Positions 12,601 to 24,891 of a DNA stretch of 64,000 nt are shown one piece after another. The stretch is taken from the NCBI GenBank assembly GCA_029717555.1, contig JAMDHS010000027.1, forward strand, positions 62,001 to 126,000. The letters run 5' to 3'. Source of the stretch: Peribolospora baueri (lineage: Eukaryota). Position numbers and translations under genes: made by a program. Each line of letters starts with the position of its first letter. Positions within the stretch are counted from its first letter, which is position 1. The notes under the pieces were generated by a model. It was not told the DNA's origin. It saw only the letters and a list, made by a program, of their open reading frames with translations, and made no database searches.

Positions 12601-14902
12601 GGAGCGTCACAGCAGACGACATTCAACTTCGAGCCCAGCGCGCGACCGATCCCAATGGAAGTCCACCTCCAGACGTTCTCCATCCCCCACTTCCCCTCGC
12701 TCATGCTCGCAATGGCGAAGCCGACGTACCTCGCCATCGTCGAGCATGCCTCCACGGAGCCGGTGATCGCCTTTGTGCCATCGCGTAAGCAGGCCAAGCT
12801 CACTGCAAACGACTTGCTTTCTTACGTCCTTGCGGACGAGAGCGAGGACCGGTTCTTGAACATCGAAAAGGAGGACCTCCAGCCTCATCTCGACTACCTC
12901 GAGGACAAAGACCTTGCCGAGACTTTACAGTGCGGTATCGCCTATTACCACGAAGCCCTCAGTCGGCAGGACAGGCGCATCGTTGAGCGGCTCTTCCAAT
13001 CGGGTGCGATCCAGGTTCTTGTTGCGTCCAAGGACACGGCTTGGAGCATGCCCATGACGGCGCACATGGTTATCATCATGGGCGTCCAGAGCTATGAAGG
13101 CAAGGAACATCGCTACGTCGATTATCCTATCGCCGACGTATTGCGTATGGTCGGAAGGAGCCTTCAACCTGGAGAGGATGGCAACAGCCGAGCGGTGCTC
13201 ATGACGCAAGCGACCAGGAAGGACTTCTACAAGAAGTTCCTTAGCGAGGGCTTGCCGCTTGAAAGCCACTTGCCGCACTATCTTTATGACCACTTCAACG
13301 CCGAGTGAGTTACACTTCTTGACCGACGAGTGTAATTGTTTGCTTACTTCCACTCACGTCCTCTTTACAGGATCGTGTCGCGCATCATCGAGAACAAGCA
13401 AGATGCGGTTGACCTGCTCACTTGGACGTATATGTGTAAGTGCTCGAGTCTGCTACGGTTTGTTGCTTTGGCCCCAGCTTTAACAGCAGATTTTCTCCTT
13501 TGGTCAACAGACCGCAGAATGACGAGCAACCCTCAGTTCTATAACATCAATGGAACGACCCACCGTCATCTGTCTGACGCTCTGTCTGAGCTCGTCGAGA
13601 ACACGCTCAACGACCTGACGAACGCCAAGATGATTTCGATCGAGGACGAGATGGACACTACTCCGCTCAATCTGGGAATGATCGCCGCTTACTACAACAT
13701 CAGCTACGTCACCATCGATGTGTTCAACATGTCGCTAAAGGAGCGGACGAAGATGAAGGGTCTGCTCGAGATTGTGAGCTCCGCAGCCGAATTTGAGGAC
13801 ATGCCCATCCGACGCCACGAGGACAGCCTCCTGCGGCGAATCTACGACCGCGTACCTGTCAAGCTCGACAAGGCCGACTTCAACAGCCCGTACTTCAAAG
13901 TGTTTATATTGCTGCAAGCACACTTCAGTCGCCTCGCATTGCCGGCGGACTTGGCCATCGACCAAGAGGATGTCTTGAGGAAGGTTCTCAATCTGCTGAG
14001 CGCGAGCGTGGACGTGATGAGTTCCAATGCACAACTCAACGCAATCACCGCAATGGAGCTGAGCCAGATGGCGGTGCAGGGTGTGTGGGAGCGCGACAGC
14101 CCGCTTAAACAGATTCCTCATTTCGACAAGGAGCTTATTTCAAAGGCACAAGAGAAGGGTGTGGAGAGCGTGTTCGATTTCATGGTGAGTTGGTGTTTGG
14201 GTGAGAGGCGAGGGGGAATTGCTGGACTTTTAGAGAGACTGATGTGGATTGTCCTTGTTTCTCACAGGAACTCGAGGATGACGACCGAAATCATGTGCTG
14301 GCAGGTCTGACGCAGCGCCAAGTGCGTGACGTGGCGACGTTTGTCAATGCCTTCCCGTCCATCGAGGTATCGCACGAGCTCGAGGAACCTGAAGAGGGCG
14401 AGGGCTACGCGTCTGGGACGCCGATCACGTTGAACGTGACGTTGTCGAAGGAGGACGAAGACGAGGAGGAGGAGAGTCAGGACGATGGAATGGCCATCGC
14501 TCCGCTTTACCCAGGCAAGAAAATGGTCACCTGGTGGCTTGTCATAGGCGACCCGGCCACAAAGCAGCTCCTTGGCATCAAGAAGGTGACCGTAAAACGC
14601 AAGATCGAAACGCGGCTCGACTTCACGCTGCCCAAGGTGGGCGAGTACGCTCTCAAGCTCAGCCTCATCTGCGACAGCTACATTGGCGCCGACCAAGAGT
14701 TCGACTTGCCCGTTTCTGTGAGTCGCCAGTTTCTGTTCTCTATGCGTCGTCTCGTCTCCTTCAGTTGCATCGACGTCGCCCATGCTTACATGGTCACCTT
14801 TGTCTCCTGTCGCCCGCACAGGTCACCGTTGAAGGCGAGGAGTCTTCAGACGAAGAGTCGTCGGAAGATGAGGAGGATACGGAGATGAAAGACGCAGAGT
14901 GA
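6652..14902 (+). CDS. BRR2: U5 snRNP 200-kDa RNA helicase Brr2 (two helicase/Sec63 cassettes), about 20 introns
   Basis: N-terminal EPTGEPETL...GRIDPKAMG, Walker [13 protein letters not shown] box, [25 protein letters not shown], second cassette [12 protein letters not shown], Sec63 domains and C-terminal [10 protein letters not shown]. All junctions reconstruct in frame with GT-AG. Confidence 0.97.
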
Positions 14903-15690
14903 CGACTGGTTTCGGTTTGGTTGTGTACGATAGATGACGTCTCGTCAAATGATCCGAACAAGAACGTAATGTTCCATATGGACGCTCAATTTCCCCCATG
15001 ATGGGCCAAGAGTCGACGTCAGGCGTGCAAAAGTTCCGTATCTATGCCATGCAGGGAGCAGCTGCCGCCTTCGTTCGGGATGGATCTCCCAGAGACTTGG
15101 CATGTCTAGTTAGCTCCAGCCCGGCGAAGCGGATGTCTGTACGTACGCTGTGAACGTTGAGATTTAAGGATCGCTCCTCGCGCTGCGCGCTATGTATGTA
15201 CCAAGCCACCAGTGCTGCATGCAGCCCGTAAAACACCGAAGCCCCGGATATGCCTTGTCTCAAACCCTAGTACGAAGCGCGTATCCAACCTAGTTGTCCC
15301 TTCGTCTTTCGTCGTCGTGGCGTAATGACTTATAGACGAAAACGTGTAAGGAACGAGGCGGTAAGCCGGCTCGGCGTTGTCGCGTCTTGGGCGGCGAAGC
15401 ACGTGGCTTAGCCGACGATGGACGCGACGTGTCTCTGCGAGGTGGATGGTCGTGAAGTAGAACGAGGCTGGGACTCGTTGGGCTAGACCTTGTCGGACGA
15501 ATGAGATTGCGTCTCCCGGTATTGTAGACACGTACATGGTCTGACAGCCGAGCCGAGTCTGAGTGTTTGCTTAGTGAGGCGAGGGGACCGACATGATTTA
15601 GAGACCCGAGGCGACTCTGCGACAGAGCAGATCTGCTCGCCGCCGTCGTGCAAGGTCATCTCTAGCCACAGCGAATCCAAGTTGGCGGAT

Positions 15691-17886
15691 ATGGTGAGCG
15701 AAGCGCGCTCAGAGGAGTATCGGGCTGACTGCCTCGGTCGCTGACCTTCTTTTGCTTGTTTCGCCTCCACCCTACGTTCACCTATAGTTGCGTTCCTTCG
15801 GCTTCGCCGTCGCCCTGCTGACTCTCGTCCTCGTCTGTTCGCCGGCTTGGGCCGATTGGAGGACCTACTTGTCTCGGCCAGACCTTAACCCTCCAAGCTT
15901 CAACATCGCCATTCCCGCCACAGCTCAAGTTGCCCCAGGCTACCTGTTCGCCGCCCCTTTCGCTGGCAATCCGGAGCACGGCATGGACCTCTTCAACCCG
16001 CGCCCTACATCTTCACTAACGGCGGCGACCTCGTCTGGACCGGATTTGCTCAGTACTTTTCCATCTGGGCCGTCAATTTTCAAGCGAGCCAGTATGACGG
16101 CAAGCCTGTCGTCTTCGCTTTCCAAGGCAAGCAGTGAGTCGCACACGAAGAGGGGACACGAAGAGGGGAACTGTAACGGCGCTGCCAATGGTGGCCAACC
16201 TCGCGGCTGAAAAATATCTGTCTTCTCCCTGCGCATGGCTTCTCCGCTGTTCTTAGCAATGCTCCTCACGGCCACGGCCACGGCCACATCAAGGTCCTCG
16301 ACGACTTGTACCGTCCTGTCGCGGAGGTTAGAGCCGGCCACCACCGCCGTCATCTAACGATGCCTGCACGTCTGCTTTCTTGATTTGCAGTCATTGACAA
16401 ACACGAAGGTCAAATCATCGACGGAGAGACCGCGCTCTATCAAATCTACCATCCGGTGCCGCGCGATTTGAGCGCTTACGGGGGTGACGATCAGCATCAG
16501 TGGATTGTAGATTCCCAATTTCAAGGCGAGCCGTTGTTGTCTTTCTTCATCGACGTGAGCACATCGCAATTCGGGACTAAACGCGCCCGTCTTCTGTCTA
16601 CCTTTTGGCACGCGTTGGTCGCGCCAGAGCTCGACATCAAGACCGGCAACGTTATCTTTGAGTGGAACTCGCTGGATCACGTCCCGCCGTGTCGTGCGTT
16701 CTCCGCCGTACGAGTGTAGATATTGAATGGTCACATTGAGAGCGCCTCTCGTCCTTCCATTCGTCCTTGTTACAGATTCCAATCTTTCCCTGACCAGCGG
16801 CCAAGCTGGAAACGGATTTGGCTCGCCCGAAGCTTGGGGCGAGTGATTCTTTCTAAAATTGCTGATGTTCTTCATCCATGTGCGGTTTTGCTCATCGTCG
16901 TGACTTTTTCCTCCGGCCGCGCCCCCATCTCCTCGCAGACTACTTCCACATCAACTCGGTTGACAAGGACAGCCAGGGCTCGTACCTGCTCTCAGCGTGT
17001 GACGTGAACAGCGTGTACAAGATCAACGGCACGACCAGTGAGATCATTTGGCGCTTGGGCGGTCGCAACGATCACACGGATTTCAAGCCCCTCGACGAGG
17101 AGGCGCACTTTAGTTTCCAGCACCACGCTCGATTCCATGGCATCGACAAGAAAGGACGGGAGATCATTTCGCTGTACGACAACAGTGCACACGGAACTGA
17201 GACGGACGATGGACGTGAGGTGAGCGAGAACGTCGTCCCTGCCTTCCCAGGCGCGTTTGCTTTTTGCGCAAATGCTGACCCGTCGGCGCCCTCGGCGACC
17301 CGCGCTTAGGTCCACGACGCCCCGACCTCTTCCGGCAAGATACTTGCCCTCTCCACGTCGGGCCCTCGGTCTACGAGGACCGTCGAGACGGTCCAGGCTC
17401 TTTATCCTCCCGATGATCTCCTCTCAAAGTCGCAGGGTTCGACGCAGGTCTTGCCGAACGGCAACGTCCTCGTCAATTGGGGCTCCGAAGGTGCCGTGAC
17501 CGAGTTTACTCCAGACGCCAAACCGATCTTCCACGCCTACTTCGATTCGGGAAAGATAGGCGAAGGCGTGCAAAACTACCGTGCAACCCGATGGCACTTG
17601 CTTCCTCCTGGAACGGCGATGGACCTGGCGCTTCCACGGTGCGCGAAGCCGCGGGGGTCCACTCGAGCTTCTGGGCGAGGCGGCTCGGACCGGCTTCGAG
17701 ACCCGTCTGGAGCTGGCGGGAGAAGCGGACGAATGGACCGAGGTGGCGGCGAAAGGGGTGGATGAGCACGGCGCGGTAATCGGGGAGAGCAGGAGGGAGA
17801 GAGTTGAGACGGACCATCCCAGACCTCCGAACGAGGAGATACCGGAGGCCACTCCCCCTTGGCGTTCATCGTGCAGCCCGCGCTGA
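15691..17886 (+). pseudogene. Secreted arylsulfotransferase (ASST-family) gene with frameshifts and deletions
   Basis: ATG at 15691, then intron 15694-15787 and a signal peptide. ASST motifs SRPDL-x-PP, GHGHGH, DKHE, FEWNSLDHV, YFHINSVDKD, FQHHAR, SQGSTQVLPNGNVLVNWG, QNYRA. Frame breaks at about 15977-15982 and 17586-17625, plus a degenerate 42-nt intron at 16349-16390. Confidence 0.75.
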
Positions 17887-18424
17887 AAAGCTATGGGAGG
17901 TGGCGCTGAGCGCAGAGAGCGTTCAAAAGCATGTGTACACTGTGACTATCTAGACCTGCATAGGACACCGCGAGCGCCGCTGTATGGTAGCTAGGTAGTC
18001 AACGAGCGCTGAATGGCGAAGTGTGCGAGAGGCAAAGATGGAATGGCGTCTCGCACGCTAATGGTGTCGCGTGGCTCGGTGATGGTGCGATACGCGTTAC
18101 ACGTTGCGTGCGCCAGCTCGTGCAATCGAACGGCTCTTCACCCAATCACGTCTTCCCCGGCTGGACGGTTTGGCACACCACCCATTGTCAGTTGTTCCTC
18201 ATGCTCTTCCTGGCGTGCGTGTAATCACCGGCACTGCAGTGATTCACCGTTTCGTCCGTCCCTGATCTTCGCAAGCCCTTGCAGTCAAGAAGCATCCACT
18301 CCCAGGCTACCGATAGACATTTTTCTTAGTGTCTTTCTTTTTCTCTCGTTCTGTTTTGTTTGGAATCGGTCAACTTCTTGCTCTCCCTCTCTACTTCTCT
18401 CCCACCAAGCCCAAGACGGACCGA

Positions 18425-20878
18425 ATGGCGGCCCGACCGGAAACCTCTCCTTCCGACCATGAGGGACAATGGCCAGCCGCTCATGACCCTTCTGTCGGAG
18501 AGGATACGCCTTTGCTGCAAAGTTCCGTCTTGAGCCCACCGACGAACTCGAACGGATGTGCATATGTAGAAGACGAGGATTGGACACCGCCGAAAGGCTT
18601 GAGATGGATTCAGGCAGGCGAGCGTCCCTTCCTTGGGTGTAAGGACCATGGGCGTGAAGACAGCGCAATGGTGACTTACGAACGTTTTTATCCTTATGAC
18701 CGCCACTTCTCTCGCCTATAGTAACATGGGCCAACGTATTCCTTACTGGCTTTGATACCACCGTCGCGGCGTCTACGTACGCCGTGATCGGCTCTGACTT
18801 TGCTTCTTCGAACAATGCTGCGTGGATCTCGACCAGGTGAGCAAATGGGCTCGTTTCGCCCTTGTAGAATAAAGCATCAGGTTCTGTTCCTTCAGACTGC
18901 TTCGTCACTGAGCAAGATGATATGAACGGCTCCTTCTCTGAGTCTCTAACTTTCTCGTTCTGGACGCTCCCGCTTCAACCAGTTACCTCATTACCGCTAC
19001 CGCATGCCAGCCTCTCTATGGGCGCTTTTCAGATATTCTCGGTCGTCGGTTCTGCTTTCTCGTTGCAACCGGTATTTTTTCCGTCGGCACTCTTTTTTGC
19101 GGTATGGCTCCAAGCATGCTCACGCTTAACCTGGCAAGAGCGCTGGCAGGCGTGGGCGGAGGAGGTCTGATGACAATGGGTACTGTCGACATTTGCTTTA
19201 TTTCTAATTCGGTCATTTCTCCAGTTTTTGTTCACTGTGAGGCCAGCAAAGCTAAGCCGCGCGGCTTGCCGTTCTTTTTCCTTTTGACTTTTAGCCACAG
19301 TCATCCTTTCCGACAACGTCCCGTTCAAAAGGCGAGGTATCTATCAAGGTACGCTCACTGACTTGCGGTCTTGGAAGTCACTGGTGTTGAACGACGACGT
19401 TACTTTCCTGGGTTCTACTTGACAGCTGCGAACAACCTCATGTATGGCGTAGGCGGAGCGTGTGGTGCTTCTCTCGGAGGCGTGATTGCCGACAGTCTAG
19501 GATGGCGCTACGCCTTCTTCCTCCAGATTCCCATTTGCACCGCCGCGATGCTCGCCGGCGCTCTTCTCATTGTCAGTCCGGACCACTCCACCCACTTGGG
19601 CCAAGTCAGACACATCGACGTGCTGGGTTCTCTCACCCTTGTATGTGGTCTCACGACCCTGCTTGCGGCGGCTAATATGGGAGGCAACGAAGTACCTTGG
19701 AGCTCCCCGGTCATTGCCGTGCTCTTCCTGTCCAGCGCCGTTCTTCTCGCGGCTTTTCTGATGGTAGAGAAGCATGCGGCCGCGCCCATTATGCCGCTCC
19801 GGATGTTGAAGGCGGTCTCGACCATTTTGACCAACTTTTTCTCTGGAATGAGCGTGTACACCGTGCGTGTCATTATCCGCCTTATCATCCTTTGCATGAC
19901 TGCCGACGTTGTATTGACCGTCTCCCTTTGTCTTGCTTCAGTTCCTCTTTATGGTTCCTCTTTACTTCCAAGGTTCGTGCTCGGTCGGCTTGAGTATGGC
20001 TGGTGTCTGAACTGACCGTCGCCTTTTATCGTTGTCATCACAGCCGTGCGCTCCGAATCCGCTTCCCTTGCTGGCTCCCGTCTCATCGTACCCGCCCTCG
20101 GTTTCCCCTTAGGAGCAATTATTGCCGGCTATGTCATGTCCTACTATGGCCAGCTCAACCGACTGGTTCAGCTCGGGTGTGCCATCCTCTTCGTCGGCAG
20201 CTGTCTCCCGATCGGCTTCAGCACGGCCGGCGACGACCCGGGTTGGAAGTACTTTTGGTATCTGGTGCCGACCAACATCGGCCAGGGATTTGTCAACCCC
20301 AGCAGTCTCTTTACGATGCTGGCTGCCTTCGACCATACAGGTGAGGTTCAACTCACACCTCGGCCTTTTCTTTTTCAATGTAGGTAGGCCGCTTGACGCT
20401 CTAACCGGCGCCGTCTCCTTTCAATGCCTCTCTCAGACCAGGCCGTCGCTACCTCGACCGTATATCTTTTCCGGGCGATAGGTCACGTCGGCGGCGTCTC
20501 AATATCCTCCGCAGTGCTGCAAAACGTTTTGACTTTCCAGCTCCCGAAGGCTTTGGCTGGCTTGCCAGAAGCGGACGAGGTGACTACTACGGCCGGCGAG
20601 ACTCATGTGACGAACGATCCTTTCAGCGTGCGGACGGTTCATACTTCATCTCTTTCTGCTGTGTTCATCAGGTCATCGACAGAATTCGTCATTCTGTCGA
20701 AGCCATCGACTCGGTACCGTTGTCATATCAGCATCTCGTCAAAGAGGTCTACGCGAACGGTCTCCGAGCCACATTTGTCGTTTCTGCCATCTTCGCCCTG
20801 GTAGCTCTCATCAGTAGCTTCTGGGCCGAAGGAGGAAGTTTGCGTAGATCTAAAGACCATGTGGTCGAGGCAAACTGA
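18425..20878 (+). CDS. MFS drug:H+ antiporter / vacuolar basic amino acid transporter (VBA-like, DHA2 14-TMS type), 8 introns
   Basis: EDTPLL N-terminal dileucine-type sorting motif; NVFLTGFDTTVAASTY; WISTSYL...QPLYGRFSDILGRR (motif A); ARALAGVGGGG; RRGIYQ; LGWRYAFFLQIP; DQAVATSTVYLFRAIG. TGA ends at 20878. Confidence 0.9.
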
Positions 20879-21606
20879 TGCGTTTTCGCAACAGAGATAG
20901 AGGAAGGGGCGCCAACAGGACCGGGGAGACCTAGAAACACGATGTAACACCACTCGCTCGCGGCTCTAATGTCAGCGGACTAATAGAGCAAGATGTGCTG
21001 GATCGCTATATCGAAGGCGGTGGCGATCCCGGCATCGGTGTGCTGCTCTCTACCAGCATTGGCGTGAGCGTGTCGTTGGAGGTGACGAAGATGGCGCCGA
21101 CGAACGCACCGACAAGGGAGTTGTTGTGGCCATACTGGCCATTAAGTTTCCTGTTGCTCGAGCAGCTTGAAGTTGATGACACGAGGGCCGATGTACGATT
21201 CGCAAGAGACAGCTTGAGCACCTACCTGAAGGGACGCGTCCAGCCGCCGCAGTTGAGGCTGGAGCGGCCTAAAGTTCGTCCACTGTCATGTGTGACCTCG
21301 TATCAACGCTGGAGAGCGTCGTTTAGCGGTCAGGGAGCGAGCGGAGTGTTCGTTTCTGCTTGCATTCCTCCACGAAACCTATCCTCGTCGTTGAGAACGA
21401 TGACACTGAAACTTGGCGGCGAAGATTTGGCGCTGGTCGACGCCTGTTCGACTCGGAGAAATCTAATCTTCTTCGGGATCAACCAACGCGAGTTTGCCGC
21501 AGCTTAGCATATTCTTGTTTGCGGCAGGTCATCCTTGTTCTCGTTGCAGTCTTAAAGAGAGGCTGTATCAAGGTTGGGATTGGCTGGCTGGGCGCCTACT
21601 GATAAC

Positions 21607-24600
21607 ATGGGGTCTGCAGGTGAGTGGGTGGACGGGCACGGCTCAACGAGAGCATGGGGAGGGCGCGTGAAGACGTCATGCAGTGCGACGGTTTACACTC
21701 ACGCTGCGATGCTCTTGAATCTGTCTTTCCTCAGCAGGCGAAGCTCTCGTCCTAGTCCTCTACACGGGGGGGACAATCGGCATGATGCACTCCTCAGGAG
21801 GTTACGTCCCCTATCCCACCTTTATCACTCAGGCGCTCCGCACCCAGAGCCGTTTTCATGACCCTCTAGCCGACTCGATCTTCTCTCACTCTAGCTCCGT
21901 CGAGCGGTATCGTGTTTGGAGCGAGAGCAGAAGCCCAAGCGGAAGTACGACCCCTGCTGATGGTGGCGGTGGCGAGGCTGCGGCCGGGAAGAAGGCTTTG
22001 CCAAGGTTGAATTTCTCCAAGCTCTCCACATCCTCGTCCTCTTCGCCGCCCCATGGGCCTACCGCTACGCCATCGGCGCACTCGTCCTCTATTTCAGGCA
22101 GCGTTGGCGAGGAAAAAGCGTCTCGACCACAGTCGTCTGGCTCTTACTCCCACCTTTATCAGGAGCCTTTTGGGCCTACCGTGACGGTCCGCTCCTCCGC
22201 GCCGAAAGGGACGAGCACGGCGACCGCCTCCAGCTTTAAAGAGGTAGACGAGGGACGAACGCTGGAGCTCGAGTTGCTCACGCTGATCACACCGGCTATC
22301 AATGGACGGCGCGTGCGCTATGCTGTTCTGGAGTATGATCCCCTGCTAGACTCTAGCGAGATGGGGCTTGATGGTAGGTTTACCTTGGCGCTCTTCAGCT
22401 TCGGTGGAACGTACATGGTTTAGGAGTAAAATTGATTCTCTTTTCCTTTTCGTACCGGCCTTCGTGATCTGCTCTTTGTCGACCATTTCTCAGAGTGGAG
22501 CCGAATAGCCGAGGATATTGCCCTTAACTACCGTTCTTTCGACTCGTTCATCGTCTTACACGGAACCGACACCATGGCGAGTCCCCCATACGTGCTTCTT
22601 CTGCCCCGAACCGACCTGCGTCTGCGAACGTTTTGCTAAAGCCAGGACCCGGTCATGAATCCGAATTTCATACCATCTCATTCCAATTTTCGATCTTTCC
22701 AGGCATACACTTCGTCGGCCTTGTCCTTCATGCTCGAACACTTGGGAAAGACGGTCATCTTGACCGGCGCGCAGATTCCCCTTTCCGAGGTAAGTGAGCG
22801 GCCCTGCTACCTTCATCCGCTTGAATCCTACCGTTTGCTTGCACGAATAACGTCCAAGTGGCGCTGACTGCGCAGGCATCCTCCCCTTTCTAGCTGAGGA
22901 ACGATGCAGTGGAGAACCTTCTCGGCGCACTGACTATTGCAGGCTCGTACATCATCCCCGAGGTCACCCTTTATTTTAATCATTGTCTGTTCCGAGGTAA
23001 CCGGGTGAGGACCCAGTCTCTACGCACTGTCGTCGCCGAACAGCAGAGCAATGATAATCCATTTGCCGCTCACATATGTTCCCTCCATCCGTCTCGGCGG
23101 CGCTCCCTGTGGTAGGTCTCGAAAACATCCAACAACTCTTTCGACGCTTTTACGACGCCCAGTGAGTTTGAATCTGTACCACCGATACACCTGTACCGCT
23201 TGACTGTCCTGATCGGTCGACGCCGTCCAATCCCTCTCTTGTAACAGACATGCCAACGCCGCTAGTCCGAGTGGGCATCGACATCGACGTCAACTGGAGC
23301 CTCATACGGAGGTCCAAGGAGCTCAAGGCATTTAGGACGCATACACGAATGTGCGCAAACGTGGGTTAGTATGACGCAGAGGCGACGTCAAGCGAACGGG
23401 TCGGGTCTCGTTTGGAGAACCGTTTGCGCCGTCTTGGCTCGTGAACCTTTCAAGGAGCGAACGGCTAACGTCTGTCCTTTTCGCGTATTCGTGCCTTGTT
23501 TCCGCTGGCGACATTTATTTGTTCCGACCGCTTGCTTGCCCTGATTTGTTTGTTTTCCTTTAAATGGTCGCTGTCTTGCTCGTCCCGATGCTCCATTCCG
23601 CTGCGGCCTTCACGTCATCACAGCGGCGCTCCGTCTCTTTCCCGGCCTGTCCTCCTCCACGGTTCGCTCCTTTCTTGCCCCACCCCTCCAAGGCCTCATT
23701 CTCGAGTCCTTTGGCGCAGGCAACGCTCCCTCCCGTCCGGATCTCCTCGAGGTTTTTAGAGAAGCAAGCGAGCGGGGCGTCGTCATCGTCAACATCAGCC
23801 AGTGTCAGAGAGGAGAGGTCAAGGACATCTACGAGAGTGGAAGGAAGCTGAAAGGCGTCGGCGTGGTGGCGGGAGCGGACATGACTCCAGAGGTGAGCTC
23901 TGGCTCCACACACTTGGAAATTCTGAGGCGACCATCGTTTATACGACATACGAGACTGACGTTGGCGTGCTCCTTTGCCCGTAATTGTCGCAGTGTGCAC
24001 TCACAAAGCTTGCCTACCTCCTTGGAAAACCCGAGCTGGATCCTTCGGCGGTGCGCGACCTGATGGGCGCGTCGCTACGAGGCGAGCTGACACCAACCGG
24101 TACGATTGCACTTCTTCCTCTCTCCTCAACACTCGCACCCACGTCAGAGGCAGCCAGCGCGAATGACCTCGTCACCAAAGTCCTTCGGTCGGCAGGTGTG
24201 ACCCCGGCGCCCAGCCTTGTCGTTTCCTCCGCCTCCCCCTCTTCCGTCGCTGCGGAATCGACAAAATCGGTCACAGCCGCCATTGCAGATAGCGCGGAAG
24301 CGGTCGCAGCAGCCGCGTGGGAGCCTAGTCGAGCCGAACTTATAGCCGCCGAACGTACCTTGCTGCCCTATCTGATCTACCTCTCCGCAAGCAGAAACGA
24401 TGTGCAAATGCTTCGTACGCATGTCGACGCTCTTCGCTCTTCCGCCTTCGATTCCGCCTCCGTCGCTAGGCCAATATTACATGATACGTCTTCGCCATCC
24501 ACGCAGTCTGGAGCCATGGCCCTTCCCACTGTGGACCTTCTTGATGCCATGTTCCCTCTCCACGCAGCGGCGCGATTTGGCCACGTAGAAGCGACGCAGA

Positions 24601-24788
24601 CTCTCCTCAGTGCAGGGTCCAGTGTTCACCGTCGAGACGCGCTGGGCCACTCGCCCATGTACGTCGCTGCGAGGCACGGCCATTCAGGAGTGGTGAAGCT
24701 CTTGAGAGAGGCTGGCGGACATCTGCGCGATGACGAGGTGGACCTCGCTCGCTGGTCTCTCGGGAGGGAGTCAACTGGTGTAGAGTAG
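21607..24788 (+). CDS. Type I L-asparaginase with C-terminal ankyrin repeats (60-kDa lysophospholipase/ASPG-like)
   Basis: Exon 1 is 21607-21619. Motifs VLYTGGTIGM, LLDSSEM, HGTDTM|AYTSSALSF, ILTGAQIP, LFRGNR, ESFGAGN, GADMTPECALTKL, SLRGELT, and ankyrin repeats PLHAAARFGH and SPMYVAARHGH. Confidence 0.92.
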
Positions 24789-24891
24789 GTAAATATGACT
24801 AGACTGAAGACATTTCACTTTGATCGCGTCGGGATAGAGAAGGCTGGAATACGACGTATTCAACGACGGTGCCCCCCCGATGCCGAGCAAA

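Noticed and set aside
20995..21602. ORFs of 70-170 aa between the MFS and asparaginase genes
   Set aside because: Mostly non-ATG starts, no recognisable domain or consistent splice structure; the asparaginase begins at 21607.
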